IMG/VR virus record: IMGVR_UViG_3300027736_000038 | Coordinates: 1-64,000 of that record | Strand: one strand, 5' to 3' | Origin: an uncultured virus (IMG/VR IMGVR_UViG_3300027736_000038) | Taxonomy: Duplodnaviria; Heunggongvirae; Uroviricota; Caudoviricetes | Length of the DNA stretch: 64,000 bases | Part shown: in pieces, positions 47,178-56,106 of the stretch | How the letters are laid out: every line of letters starts with the position of its first letter | Numbering within the stretch: the first letter of the stretch is position 1 | Made by a program: the position numbers and the translations under genes | Notes under the pieces: generated by a model | Told to the model about the DNA's origin: nothing | The model's database searches: none | Seen by the model: only the letters and a program-made list of their open reading frames with translations

Positions 47178-48452
47178 TTATGCGCTAGCAATAGTTACGA
47201 TTGCGTAAGGTTGTCCACCAGTCGCATTTGCTGCTACTGCTGTGTTGAATGTTGCAAATACTGGAGCAGCATTTTGGAACACTATATTACCAGTAGCAAT
47301 TGGTCCTGAAGTAGCAGTAAACAACTCACCAGTGTGGTCAGAAAGACTTTGTACTGTTTGAGTAGCACTATTAGCATATGTAGCAAGGATACGCATTGAG
47401 TTTGGTGTCAATGCTGTGTTTGCAACGTTTGCTGTAAAGCATTGTGCTGTTAAACCAGTTACTGTTCCTGTTACTAGATATTTTTGTTTACCCTTTTGAC
47501 GAACAATATAACCTGCTTCATCATTAGCATAGATGAATGAAGCATTACTTCTGACAACGTTAGCATTGGCTGTTAGTACAACACGATTCATAAGAGCATT
47601 AGCTGTTACTGACGCATTAGCGGTGACAGCTTGTACCGGTCCACCTTGACTAGTAGAAACGGTGAATGCTGCTGCGTTAGCGATAGTTTTAACAAAATAT
47701 GTTGTACCTGTAGTTAAACCGCCAAAATTTGCGCTAAACTGTATTGGCATATCTGCTATAAGAGTTTGTGCATTACCCGAAGTTCCAATAACGCTACCTG
47801 ATACTGTTGTATTGGCAACAGCTACTGAAACATTACCGTGTGTAGCAGAAGCAAACCCAAGACTAACATAATCAGTACTACCGTTATTATTAGCAACTGC
47901 AATTTGTAGTGCTGCGCCAGTAGCTAAGTTAGCTAAATCAGTACCTACACCAACTACTACATTACTAGTATTAACTGCTAAAGGTGTGTATAATGTACCT
48001 GTACCACTGATACCAATAGCAACTTGTGCTAATACTTGTTTACCAATGATTGCTGTATTACCACCAACTACACTGTATGTGTTAGCATTAGTAGCAGGGA
48101 AACCTGTTCCACCAACTGGGTTGTTAAAGTATGCATCAACAACATTAAATGAAGCACTAACTGATTGACCAGTTGTGTCTGTTAATGGTTGCATTATTTG
48201 TGGCTGTACACTTAACTGAGTCTGTGATGCATTAAATGTAGTATTTGTTAGTATTGAATTTACATAATAAATTGTGTTAGCTGTTAATCCACCAACAGTT
48301 GTAGCAACTATAAATGACATACCTTTAGCTACACCTACAGTAGGTGATGTAGTTAAATTTCCACCTGATATTGTGACGATACTGCCGGTTTCTGCTGTAT
48401 CAGTTACTGTTAAGACTGCTTGAGCCTTTGCGATTTTTAGAGGGCGTCCCAT
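47178..48452 (-). CDS. virion structural protein with two TYY beta-modules
   Basis: MGRPLK N-terminus, 'YIVRQKG..KYLV'; strong AAGGAG SD; late box. Confidence 0.7.
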   Translation of the reverse strand: MGRPLKIAKAQAVLTVTDTAETGSIVTISGGNLTTSPTVGVAKGMSFIVATTVGGLTANTIYYVNSILTNTTFNASQTQLSVQPQIMQPLTDTTGQSVSASFNVVDAYFNNPVGGTGFPATNANTYSVVGGNTAIIGKQVLAQVAIGISGTGTLYTPLAVNTSNVVVGVGTDLANLATGAALQIAVANNNGSTDYVSLGFASATHGNVSVAVANTTVSGSVIGTSGNAQTLIADMPIQFSANFGGLTTGTTYFVKTIANAAAFTVSTSQGGPVQAVTANASVTANALMNRVVLTANANVVRSNASFIYANDEAGYIVRQKGKQKYLVTGTVTGLTAQCFTANVANTALTPNSMRILATYANSATQTVQSLSDHTGELFTATSGPIATGNIVFQNAAPVFATFNTAVAANATGGQPYAIVTIASA

Positions 48453-48470
48453 TTGTTTCTCCTTGAAATA

Positions 48471-48526
48471 TTAGTGAGTTCTAGTCACTACGCGGCGGGG
48501 ACCGCATAAACTCGCCGAATGCGAAT
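48471..48526 (-). promoter_or_regulatory. three-hairpin structured 5' leader behind a late promoter
   Basis: UCGC/GCGA, UAUGCGG/CCGCGUA and UAGUGA/UCACUA stems between GATAAATA (48535-48542) and the SD. Confidence 0.55.
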
Positions 48527-48556
48527 GTATTATATATTTATCTTAAGGAGTAAAAT

Positions 48557-49114
48557 TTACTTCTTTGGACCACCATTAACAGGGGTTGCCAATATACCTG
48601 ATGTACCCGTATTAGAATGAGGCATGCCCAATTCAGTAATACTGAATATAGAATTAGCACCGGCTAATGTTAAGTAAGATACAATATTACCTTGTCCTAC
48701 TATGATACTATTTTCTACAGTGTTTGCAGGAATAACTTCGCTATTGGCATTTGCTACAGTATACGGAACACCATATGGACTATATCTTGCGGTAGTATTT
48801 GCTATTGCCACAGAAGCATTTGCTGTTAGTGTTAAACTAGTATTATTAGCAATTGCTTTAACAATGCCGGCTGAGTTTCCGGCAGTATTGCCTATCCAAT
48901 ATCCAATTCCCAATTCGGTTAAAAATAATGTTCCCACTCCAGTTACTGTACTAGTATTAGTAGCACAAGTTACATTACCGGTTAATGCTACATTAGGGAA
49001 ACTAGTAGTATATTGAATAGCTGCATTAGAAGTGGCTATTCTTACTTTATCTGTTGCAATGTTTGCTGAAGCTGCCGGTGTTGCAATGTTTGCTGTATAT
49101 GCGTATGTTGTCAT
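48557..49114 (-). CDS. hypothetical virion protein
   Basis: 185 aa, A/N/T-rich; 'VTGVGTLF..EL..G' fibre-like motif. Confidence 0.65.
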   Translation of the reverse strand: MTTYAYTANIATPAASANIATDKVRIATSNAAIQYTTSFPNVALTGNVTCATNTSTVTGVGTLFLTELGIGYWIGNTAGNSAGIVKAIANNTSLTLTANASVAIANTTARYSPYGVPYTVANANSEVIPANTVENSIIVGQGNIVSYLTLAGANSIFSITELGMPHSNTGTSGILATPVNGGPKK

Positions 49115-49141
49115 TTTATTATTCCTATATCTTATTTATTA

Positions 49142-52100
49142 TTAAAGTCTGCCAACCGCTACTTCAATAACGCCTTCACCTTCAAAGTTTTCTAGTGATT
49201 TTCCGATTACCATTCCCATTACAGGTAATTGAGATGGTCTAGCAAATCCATTGCCGCCGCTTACAAGCATATCGCCCTTATGTATTGTTCCACGAACTTT
49301 ACATGGCACACGTCCTTGCAATGCTACAGCAACAACATGTTCACCCTGGCATTGTGAATTCATTACATAGGCTGGGTTAGTTGATACTACCCCAGCAACT
49401 CTTGTTGTGCCATCTTCAGCTATTGTAACTTCTTTTTCACCGCCAAACTCTACTACAGTACCAGGTTCGTATGATTTATCTGATTCATAGTATTCTGCCA
49501 AGTCAGCGTATGTTGCTTGTAATTTACTACCGGCACTTAATGACCAGTTGCCTGTAATGGTTCCAAGAAGCGTATTTGCACCAGTAGTAAGTGTCATATT
49601 ATTGCCGCTGATTGTTTGTGCATTGGCAAAGGTAAGGTTAGTGAATGATGTACTTACACTAGTGATGTTTGGCTGTGCTGCTGTTGTTAATGTACCGGTT
49701 AAGTAACTGGCACTAACTAGATTACCACCAGTAACATTGCCGTTTGTTATATTACCTGTTACCGCCAAACTTGTTAATGTACCTGTACTTGTAATATTTG
49801 GTTGTGCTGCTGTTGTTAATGTACCGGTTAAGTAACTGGCACTAACTAGATTACCACCAGTAACATTGCCGTTTGTTATATTACCTGTTACCGCCAAACT
49901 TGTTAATGTACCTGTACTTGTAATATTTGGTTGTGCTGCTGTTGTTAATGTACCGGTTAAGTAACTGGCACTTACTAAATTTGCACCTGATATTTGTGAT
50001 GATGCACCACTTTGTGTTATGTTTCCGTTGGCAGCAAATGTAATACCTGATGAAGAAAATACTACAACATTGGCTGCAGTTTGGTTTGCACTACCAGATG
50101 CAATTGCAGCAGCTACACGAATTGCTACGTTGCCGGGTGTTCCTGTACCAGTTCCTATTCCACCTGTAATAGTAATGATACCGCCGTTTGTGTTAGTGCC
50201 TCTTCCTGCACCGCCTCTTAATATCAAGTCACCGCCGCTGCTAGAAGAATTAGAGGATCCGCCGTTTGCTTGAATGAACGCTCCGGTGCCTGCGCCCAAA
50301 CCACCTACTAAGCCTACATAGCCCCCAAGTCCATTTGCAGAAGCAGCCCCACCGGAAAGAGTAACTACTCCGCCGATGGTAACTCCTGATGAATTGCCAT
50401 TACCACCTTGTATGCCAATTGATCCACCTTGTTCAGAATCACCTGCAGCTCCTATCTTTCCTACTATATTTAGTCCACCTTGGTAAGCATCATTCCCTAC
50501 AATATAATTAGCATTTATATTACCTGTGCTATTGATATTACCTGAAACAGTCAATGAAGTTAATGTACCAACACTTGTAATATTTGGTTGTGCTGCTGTT
50601 GTTAATGTACCTGTAAATAATGTGGCACTCAATGTACCCGTATTGACAGCAAATGATAAATTAACATTACTACCTAACTGATAATTAGCACTTGCGCTAG
50701 CACTGACCATTGTTGGATAGAAAGTGCCTGCGGTTTGTGATACAACATTACCATATTCTGATACATTAGACCTTGCCACATATAAATTAGGAACTACAGT
50801 TGTACTTTGTACACTTAATGGAGCAGTACCAGTAGCTACATTAGATATGAATTGCGGGGTAGTAATATTAGCACTTGCCAATACTTGTGCAGTTCCTAAA
50901 TTACCAACGTTAGCGTTACCACCAACGTTAGCAGTACCGGGTATATTTGCACCAGTTGCAGTTACAGTCAATTGACTAGTAGTATTACCAGTGACAAAGT
51001 GAGAGATATTGGCATTAGCAGTAATGGTAATATTGCTATTGCCGTTTTGCATTAATCCACTATTAATAGTAGTAATATTACCTGTTGTAATTGTTGCAGT
51101 TGATGTAACTAAGGTAACAACATTAGCAGTACCTGGTATATTTGCGCCAGTTGAAGTAACTACAAATTGTGCAGTAGCATTGCCACCAATAAAGGTAGAA
51201 ACATTGCCGGCGGATGCAATGGTAATATTACTTGTACTATTCTTCATCAATCCACTGTTGATAGTAGTGATATTACCTGTTGTAGCAACCAATGTAGTTG
51301 TACCCAAATTACCAGTATTGGCATTACCAGTTACATTTAATAATGTAGTAGTTAAATTACCGGTTGAAGCATTGAATGATAGATTGGCATTTGCACCTTG
51401 TGCTAAATTTCCCGACGTTGCGTTTACAAATAACGGATACCAAGTTCCAGTGGTTGTTAACGCAGTATTAGCATATTCAGAAACATTTGACCTAGCTACA
51501 AACAAATTAGGAACAAGTGTTGTACTTGTTACAGTTAGTGGGGCTGTGCCAACAGCAACGTTTGAAACTATTACTGGACCAGTAACTGCGGTGACCGCAT
51601 TAATGTTTCCAGCAACAACATTGCCAGAAGAAACGGTTAATGTAGTTGTGTTTTTATCAAAGGTAAACGCAGCAACACCATTTGAAATATTTTGATCATT
51701 AAACTGTACAGTAGTATTTGAACCACCTACTACTCCACTGCCACTACCACCTAATGCAGCAGTGGCTATTCCAGAATTCGCTACATACGTTAACAATCCT
51801 GCACCATTGGCAGTTGCTGTTAATCCTAAATCAGTATATAATACTACATTGCCTGAGGTAGCGTAATCCCCATTTAATTTTAAATAAAATGTATGACCAT
51901 TAATATTTGAATTTGCCCCGGAATTAGTAATTGTTGCACTAGTAATAGTTACAATCTGTCCATTGGTATATGGGGTCAAATTAGAAACTGTCATAGTAAC
52001 AATATTACCAGTAATGTTGTTTGTTAATCCTTTGATTGTAGTATACAATGTATTCTTAGGAGTCCAAGAAAGATTTCCTAACCCGTCTGTTTCTAAGATA

Positions 52101-52471
52101 TATCCAATGGCCCCACCGGTCATTGAAATATTTGATACATTACCTAATTTAAGTTTGGCACCACCGAGTTGTGAATTTAATCCGGTGTAGTTTTCCCATG
52201 TATCGGTACTTGATACATATGTCAATATTTGTCCATTCAATGGTACGGTTATGTTAAAGTTGCCACCATCACTACCGTTAATTTGACTAAAACTTATATT
52301 GGAATATGAAGTTAATACCTCAATATTCTCATCTGCATAAGTGTTTCCGGTTCTTCCAATGAAAAGTCTATTTTCATCAGTTGCCCAGCCAAATTCACCG
52401 TTGTCTAGCTGTGGTAAGTCAACTAGGTTACCTGCTCTTTGCTGTATCTTTGAGATTTGTACTATGGCCAT
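49142..52471 (-). CDS. tail fibre/spike protein with putative C-terminal chaperone/auto-cleavage-like domain
   Basis: N-terminal 'KIQQRAG...LP.L..GE.G.A.D..RL.IG' (Mtd-N-like); QPNITS repeats; C-terminal 'ADLAEYY...GVVST.PAY.MN...VAL.GRVPCKV'. Confidence 0.75.
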   Translation of the reverse strand: MAIVQISKIQQRAGNLVDLPQLDNGEFGWATDENRLFIGRTGNTYADENIEVLTSYSNISFSQINGSDGGNFNITVPLNGQILTYVSSTDTWENYTGLNSQLGGAKLKLGNVSNISMTGGAIGYILETDGLGNLSWTPKNTLYTTIKGLTNNITGNIVTMTVSNLTPYTNGQIVTITSATITNSGANSNINGHTFYLKLNGDYATSGNVVLYTDLGLTATANGAGLLTYVANSGIATAALGGSGSGVVGGSNTTVQFNDQNISNGVAAFTFDKNTTTLTVSSGNVVAGNINAVTAVTGPVIVSNVAVGTAPLTVTSTTLVPNLFVARSNVSEYANTALTTTGTWYPLFVNATSGNLAQGANANLSFNASTGNLTTTLLNVTGNANTGNLGTTTLVATTGNITTINSGLMKNSTSNITIASAGNVSTFIGGNATAQFVVTSTGANIPGTANVVTLVTSTATITTGNITTINSGLMQNGNSNITITANANISHFVTGNTTSQLTVTATGANIPGTANVGGNANVGNLGTAQVLASANITTPQFISNVATGTAPLSVQSTTVVPNLYVARSNVSEYGNVVSQTAGTFYPTMVSASASANYQLGSNVNLSFAVNTGTLSATLFTGTLTTAAQPNITSVGTLTSLTVSGNINSTGNINANYIVGNDAYQGGLNIVGKIGAAGDSEQGGSIGIQGGNGNSSGVTIGGVVTLSGGAASANGLGGYVGLVGGLGAGTGAFIQANGGSSNSSSSGGDLILRGGAGRGTNTNGGIITITGGIGTGTGTPGNVAIRVAAAIASGSANQTAANVVVFSSSGITFAANGNITQSGASSQISGANLVSASYLTGTLTTAAQPNITSTGTLTSLAVTGNITNGNVTGGNLVSASYLTGTLTTAAQPNITSTGTLTSLAVTGNITNGNVTGGNLVSASYLTGTLTTAAQPNITSVSTSFTNLTFANAQTISGNNMTLTTGANTLLGTITGNWSLSAGSKLQATYADLAEYYESDKSYEPGTVVEFGGEKEVTIAEDGTTRVAGVVSTNPAYVMNSQCQGEHVVAVALQGRVPCKVRGTIHKGDMLVSGGNGFARPSQLPVMGMVIGKSLENFEGEGVIEVAVGRL
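49666..49980 (-). repeat. 129-bp (43-aa) near-exact tandem repeat, about 2.4 copies
   Basis: GTACCGGTTAAGTAACTGGCAC at 49692, 49821 and 49950. Confidence 0.9.
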
Positions 52472-52504
52472 AAGTGTAATTCTTCACGTTTACACTTATT
52501 TATC
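52470..52504 (-). promoter_or_regulatory. late promoter overlapping a start-codon-sequestering hairpin
   Basis: ATAAGTGTAA (52470-52479) / TTACACTTAT (52490-52499); GATAAATA at 52497-52504. Confidence 0.6.
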
Positions 52505-52522
52505 ATAATATTGACTTAACCG

Positions 52523-53209
52523 CTATACAAATTTCATATAGTATTGCTCTACCCGCTTAAACCACATGTCACTATACTTGTCAAATTCAGTACCTTCAAT
52601 GATGAATTCCTGATAAACAACATCAGCGGTACACATAAAAATGACGCCTTTGCGTATCTTAGTCCCGTGTACTTCATTGTGAGCATTGGCATACGCTGCT
52701 AGTTGAATAAAGTAATCGTCAATCCACTCACGCTTTTTGAATTTGTTAGATTGTTTGTGGTCCATAATAGCATCACTTCCATCATGCACCCCGCACAAGT
52801 CAGTTGTGCCTGCATAGATTTTAGGGAAGTATAAAGGAACTTCTGTTCCCCAGTATTCGTTACATTTCACTAATCCCTGTTCAATAATTTGCTTTGCCAT
52901 TTTGTGACTTTGAATACTGTAGGGATTGCTGCCAGGCTCAGTAACTATACCTGTCTTGATATAATCCTCAAGAAACTTGTGCATACGTGTGCCACGTCCT
53001 GCTGCCTCAGTTGTAATCTCTTGTGCTTTTTGAACACCAACTCGTTTGCGCCAGTTATGTAATGCTTGTTTACTTTCTTCTGACTTGGTTGCGTCTAGTA
53101 TTGTTGTAACGCTTGGAAGTTTCTCACCATCTGGTGTAGCATATCTACGTTTGCCTTCAATTTCTACCCTGCTCATGAGTATATAGTTGTATTTGTTTGG
53201 ATTGTACAT
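52523..53209 (-). CDS. PD-(D/E)xK exonuclease
   Basis: 'LPSVTTIL', 'RGT.MH..LE', 'E..LY....AGTTD', 'DHKQS', 'QLAAYA'. Confidence 0.8.
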   Translation of the reverse strand: MYNPNKYNYILMSRVEIEGKRRYATPDGEKLPSVTTILDATKSEESKQALHNWRKRVGVQKAQEITTEAAGRGTRMHKFLEDYIKTGIVTEPGSNPYSIQSHKMAKQIIEQGLVKCNEYWGTEVPLYFPKIYAGTTDLCGVHDGSDAIMDHKQSNKFKKREWIDDYFIQLAAYANAHNEVHGTKIRKGVIFMCTADVVYQEFIIEGTEFDKYSDMWFKRVEQYYMKFV

Positions 53210-53217
53210 TATAGTAA

Positions 53218-53246
53218 ATTATAGTTGATTATAATACTAATGTCAA
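53218..53246 (-). promoter_or_regulatory. consensus sigma70 promoter
   Basis: TTGACA-17-TATAAT, 8 nt before the ATG. Confidence 0.8.
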
Positions 53247-53567
53247 TTAGATTCGGAAACTTTCTCCACACCCGCATCTATCACGTTCGTTAGGGTTACG
53301 AAATTCAAAACCCTCATTAAGTCCATTGCGGACATAATCTATTGTCATCCCTTGAAGATAAGCACAACTTTTTGGATCAACATATAATGAGCACCCATCA
53401 CAATCAATCTTTATATCTTCTGACATTGGTTGATCAACATATTCAAGAACATAGGCTAAACCAGAACAGCCTGTCGTTTTGACACCTATTCTAATTCCTA
53501 ATCCTTTGCCTCTTTTTGCAAGAGTTTGTTTTACTTTGTTTGTTGCTTTATCTGTAACAGTTATCAT
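53247..53567 (-). CDS. iscA: iron-sulfur cluster A-type carrier (IscA/HesB)
   Basis: 'GVKTTGCSGLAY', 'GLNEGFEF.NPN...CGCGESF'. Confidence 0.93.
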   Translation of the reverse strand: MITVTDKATNKVKQTLAKRGKGLGIRIGVKTTGCSGLAYVLEYVDQPMSEDIKIDCDGCSLYVDPKSCAYLQGMTIDYVRNGLNEGFEFRNPNERDRCGCGESFRI

Positions 53568-53896
53568 TGTGTTGGCATAGCACTTTGTGCCATTTGTTGT
53601 ACAACTTGTTGACTTTGTGATTGATCTGGATTTTCCGGAGTCTCATCATGTCCTTTGAAGATAATCTGATCACCTTGAATATTTTTAATTACAGTATTTA
53701 AAGGAGGGTTCTTTATCATATCATACAAGTCGGTGACATCTAAAACAATATCACCTTTATCTTGTAGATAAGTTAAAAACTCGTCCGTCGTGTAACTACT
53801 AGGATCTATTATACCGTTATCTAAATCAGTTTTAAGTTGATTGACAAGAACGATAAGTTTAGCACTCGCCGGATCAGCAAGTTCAAAGAGAAACAT
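53564..53896 (-). CDS. hypothetical protein (MFLFELADP...)
   Basis: Start reassigned to the ATG just after the upstream stop. Confidence 0.65.
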   Translation of the reverse strand: MFLFELADPASAKLIVLVNQLKTDLDNGIIDPSSYTTDEFLTYLQDKGDIVLDVTDLYDMIKNPPLNTVIKNIQGDQIIFKGHDETPENPDQSQSQQVVQQMAQSAMPTQ

Positions 53897-53897
53897 A

Positions 53898-54608
53898 TTA
53901 TCTCTTTGCTCTACCAACACCACCTGATGGGGGCATATCTGGTTCTTCAGCAGGAGGGGGAACATCACCCATACTCATATCAGCACCAGCATCCATGCCT
54001 GCGTCCATGCCAGCATCTACCCCTGCTTCTGCACCCATGTCAGCACCAGCATCAAATGCTGCGTCTACTGCTTGACCAGTTAAACCATTCAACGCATTTT
54101 TTAATGCAGTTGATGCTTCTTTCAATGAAGCAGATAATGTATCTAATTGACCTGAAACTTGATCATTGTATGTTTGACTTTCGTTAACACCAATTTCGCT
54201 TTCAATGCTTGATACTAACGCAGGCAATTCTTTAACTTGCATCTGACCTACATCTTCAAGCATCTTCTGTACTTGGTCTACCATGTCTTGCGCTGCTAAT
54301 ACAACTTGTGACTTCTCAACTTCTTCATTCTCAACCATGATTCTTGGCTGTGGAAGTGAACGTAGTTCGTTGTAGTGGTCACTAAGTGCTTGCTCCATGA
54401 ACACCAATTTCATATAAGAATTTGATGATTGACTATTATGATAGTCAGGAGATTGCTTTGACTCACTCAGTAACCCACGTACTTTTTGAAGCATAGTGCG
54501 GGTAGATGACATGGACATACCATCTACGTTAAATGAGGTTTCGTACTGTTCTTTCAATACTTTAGTAGAGAAAGAGCGGCGATTGTGGTTTAATTCAGTT
54601 AGTTTCAT
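53898..54608 (-). CDS. hypothetical helical acidic protein, possible prohead core/scaffold component
   Basis: 236 aa; late box; acidic Ala/Gly/Pro tail; MKLTE| leader. Confidence 0.55.
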   Translation of the reverse strand: MKLTELNHNRRSFSTKVLKEQYETSFNVDGMSMSSTRTMLQKVRGLLSESKQSPDYHNSQSSNSYMKLVFMEQALSDHYNELRSLPQPRIMVENEEVEKSQVVLAAQDMVDQVQKMLEDVGQMQVKELPALVSSIESEIGVNESQTYNDQVSGQLDTLSASLKEASTALKNALNGLTGQAVDAAFDAGADMGAEAGVDAGMDAGMDAGADMSMGDVPPPAEEPDMPPSGGVGRAKR

Positions 54609-54656
54609 ATTTGTATTCCAGAGAAATATATAATATATTTATCTTTTCTTTCGTTA

Positions 54657-55130
54657 TTATGCGGATTTGTTAAATCGTTTGTCTTGCCAAATTCTGGAAC
54701 TATTCACATAACCTGCTAATTCGTCGGCTATCTGCTTGCGTTCCATCTTTTCTTCACCCAATTTAGCTAGGTAAATCAATTTTTCTTCTAAATTTTTGGA
54801 CTTTTTTACCAATTTTTGATGCAATTGAATCTCAGTATCTACACTAGATAATCTATTGTCTAAATCTAAAATCCGATTGGATTCATATATACTGTTTCGT
54901 TTATCAAATGTACACCAAGATACTGCGTTTTTTAACACATTGAATGATTTGGTTCCTGCTATATTATCTTTTTCCACTATATAACAATCATTGTTTTTTT
55001 TAATTGCATATTGATTGAATAGAAAATAAGAACCTTCCGGGCCTTGAATTATAGTTAATTCGCTTAATTTTTCCATTTCTTGATTGGATATTGTTTTTGT
55101 AAATTTGTGCAGTAGTTTGTCGCTTATCAT
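54657..55130 (-). CDS. hypothetical protein
   Basis: 157 aa with a coiled-coil C-terminus. Confidence 0.65.
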   Translation of the reverse strand: MISDKLLHKFTKTISNQEMEKLSELTIIQGPEGSYFLFNQYAIKKNNDCYIVEKDNIAGTKSFNVLKNAVSWCTFDKRNSIYESNRILDLDNRLSSVDTEIQLHQKLVKKSKNLEEKLIYLAKLGEEKMERKQIADELAGYVNSSRIWQDKRFNKSA

Positions 55131-55573
55131 TTGGTTAACACTTTAAAATATATATTTCTCAACTCATCGCTAGTATCTAAGAATGTGGGGAGTTGGTCCC
55201 ATTCAGTATGGCATTTAATCATTGGTACTTGGTCACAATCTCTATATAATGCTCCCAATTCAGTTACACCATCATAAAACACACTAGGATGTTGTACCGC
55301 AAAATCAAAGTTCCAGCATGGATAAGTCTCTTTATCTTGTTGCTCAAATAAGAACCCAAACTCAGTGAATTCGTCAAATCTTATTTCTATTTTTTCAGGG
55401 ATACGAACAACATCGGGCTGGCTACGTAATGAGATTGCTTGTTGCACCGTGTCAAAATTACTTTGTGTATTGCGTTTATGATGCCATTCTTTGTCCATAT
55501 CAGGACGATGGCGGTTTGGTACATTAGTTTGCGTGATATCAAATAGGGTATAGCAAGAGATAATGTAACTCAT
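55127..55573 (-). CDS. hypothetical protein
   Basis: 148 aa; TAAATA 5 nt before ATG. Confidence 0.65.
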   Translation of the reverse strand: MSYIISCYTLFDITQTNVPNRHRPDMDKEWHHKRNTQSNFDTVQQAISLRSQPDVVRIPEKIEIRFDEFTEFGFLFEQQDKETYPCWNFDFAVQHPSVFYDGVTELGALYRDCDQVPMIKCHTEWDQLPTFLDTSDELRNIYFKVLTK

Positions 55574-55592
55574 ACTACTATTTAACAGAGGT

Positions 55593-55622
55593 AAAAAAAC
55601 CCTAGAAAATCTAGGGTTTTTT
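55593..55622 (-). terminator. intrinsic terminator
   Basis: AAAAAAACCCTAG-AAAAT-CTAGGGTTTTTT. Confidence 0.85.
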
Positions 55623-55635
55623 ATACAGATATTGA

Positions 55636-56025
55636 TTAACCTGTGAATGTAGCTGTAGCTGTAGTAACAGTTGTGTTAGCAACACCACCTGCTGTCAATT
55701 CAGCAATGATAGCTGCGTTCAATGTAGTAGTTGTCCAAGCGCCAGTTGGATACACAGCCATTGCCAATGTATCAGGACCCGCAGTTGTAAACTCATAGAT
55801 GTAAACTGTAGCTAATTGTTGTGTAGCTTGGATGATCAAGCTAACTTGAGTACCAGAGAAAGCACCTGAACTAGCTGCTGTAACTGTGAAGAAGTCTAGT
55901 TTAGGACCTTGAGGTTGTACTGTAGCAGCAGAACTAACTGCGTTTGCACCACTGTTGGTGTATGAGAATGAATCAAAGTTGATTACCGGTAGAAAGTCAC
56001 CGTTTGTTTTTGTAAATTGTGCCAT
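55636..56025 (-). CDS. small monocistronic late protein, possible capsid decoration protein
   Basis: 129 aa, A/T-rich; own late box, 5' hairpin and terminator. Confidence 0.55.
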   Translation of the reverse strand: MAQFTKTNGDFLPVINFDSFSYTNSGANAVSSAATVQPQGPKLDFFTVTAASSGAFSGTQVSLIIQATQQLATVYIYEFTTAGPDTLAMAVYPTGAWTTTTLNAAIIAELTAGGVANTTVTTATATFTG

Positions 56026-56106
56026 TTTGAAATGCCTTTAAATAAGTTGAAGCCTACTGCTTCATACACTTATTTATGCCAGAACTAAAAAAAACACGGA
56101 TTTGGC

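Noticed and set aside
48490..48530. rRNA-like words (ACCGCATAA, TGCGAATG) in the three-hairpin leader
   Set aside because: Only 8-9 nt, not adjacent in rRNA and mostly in stems; compatible with chance
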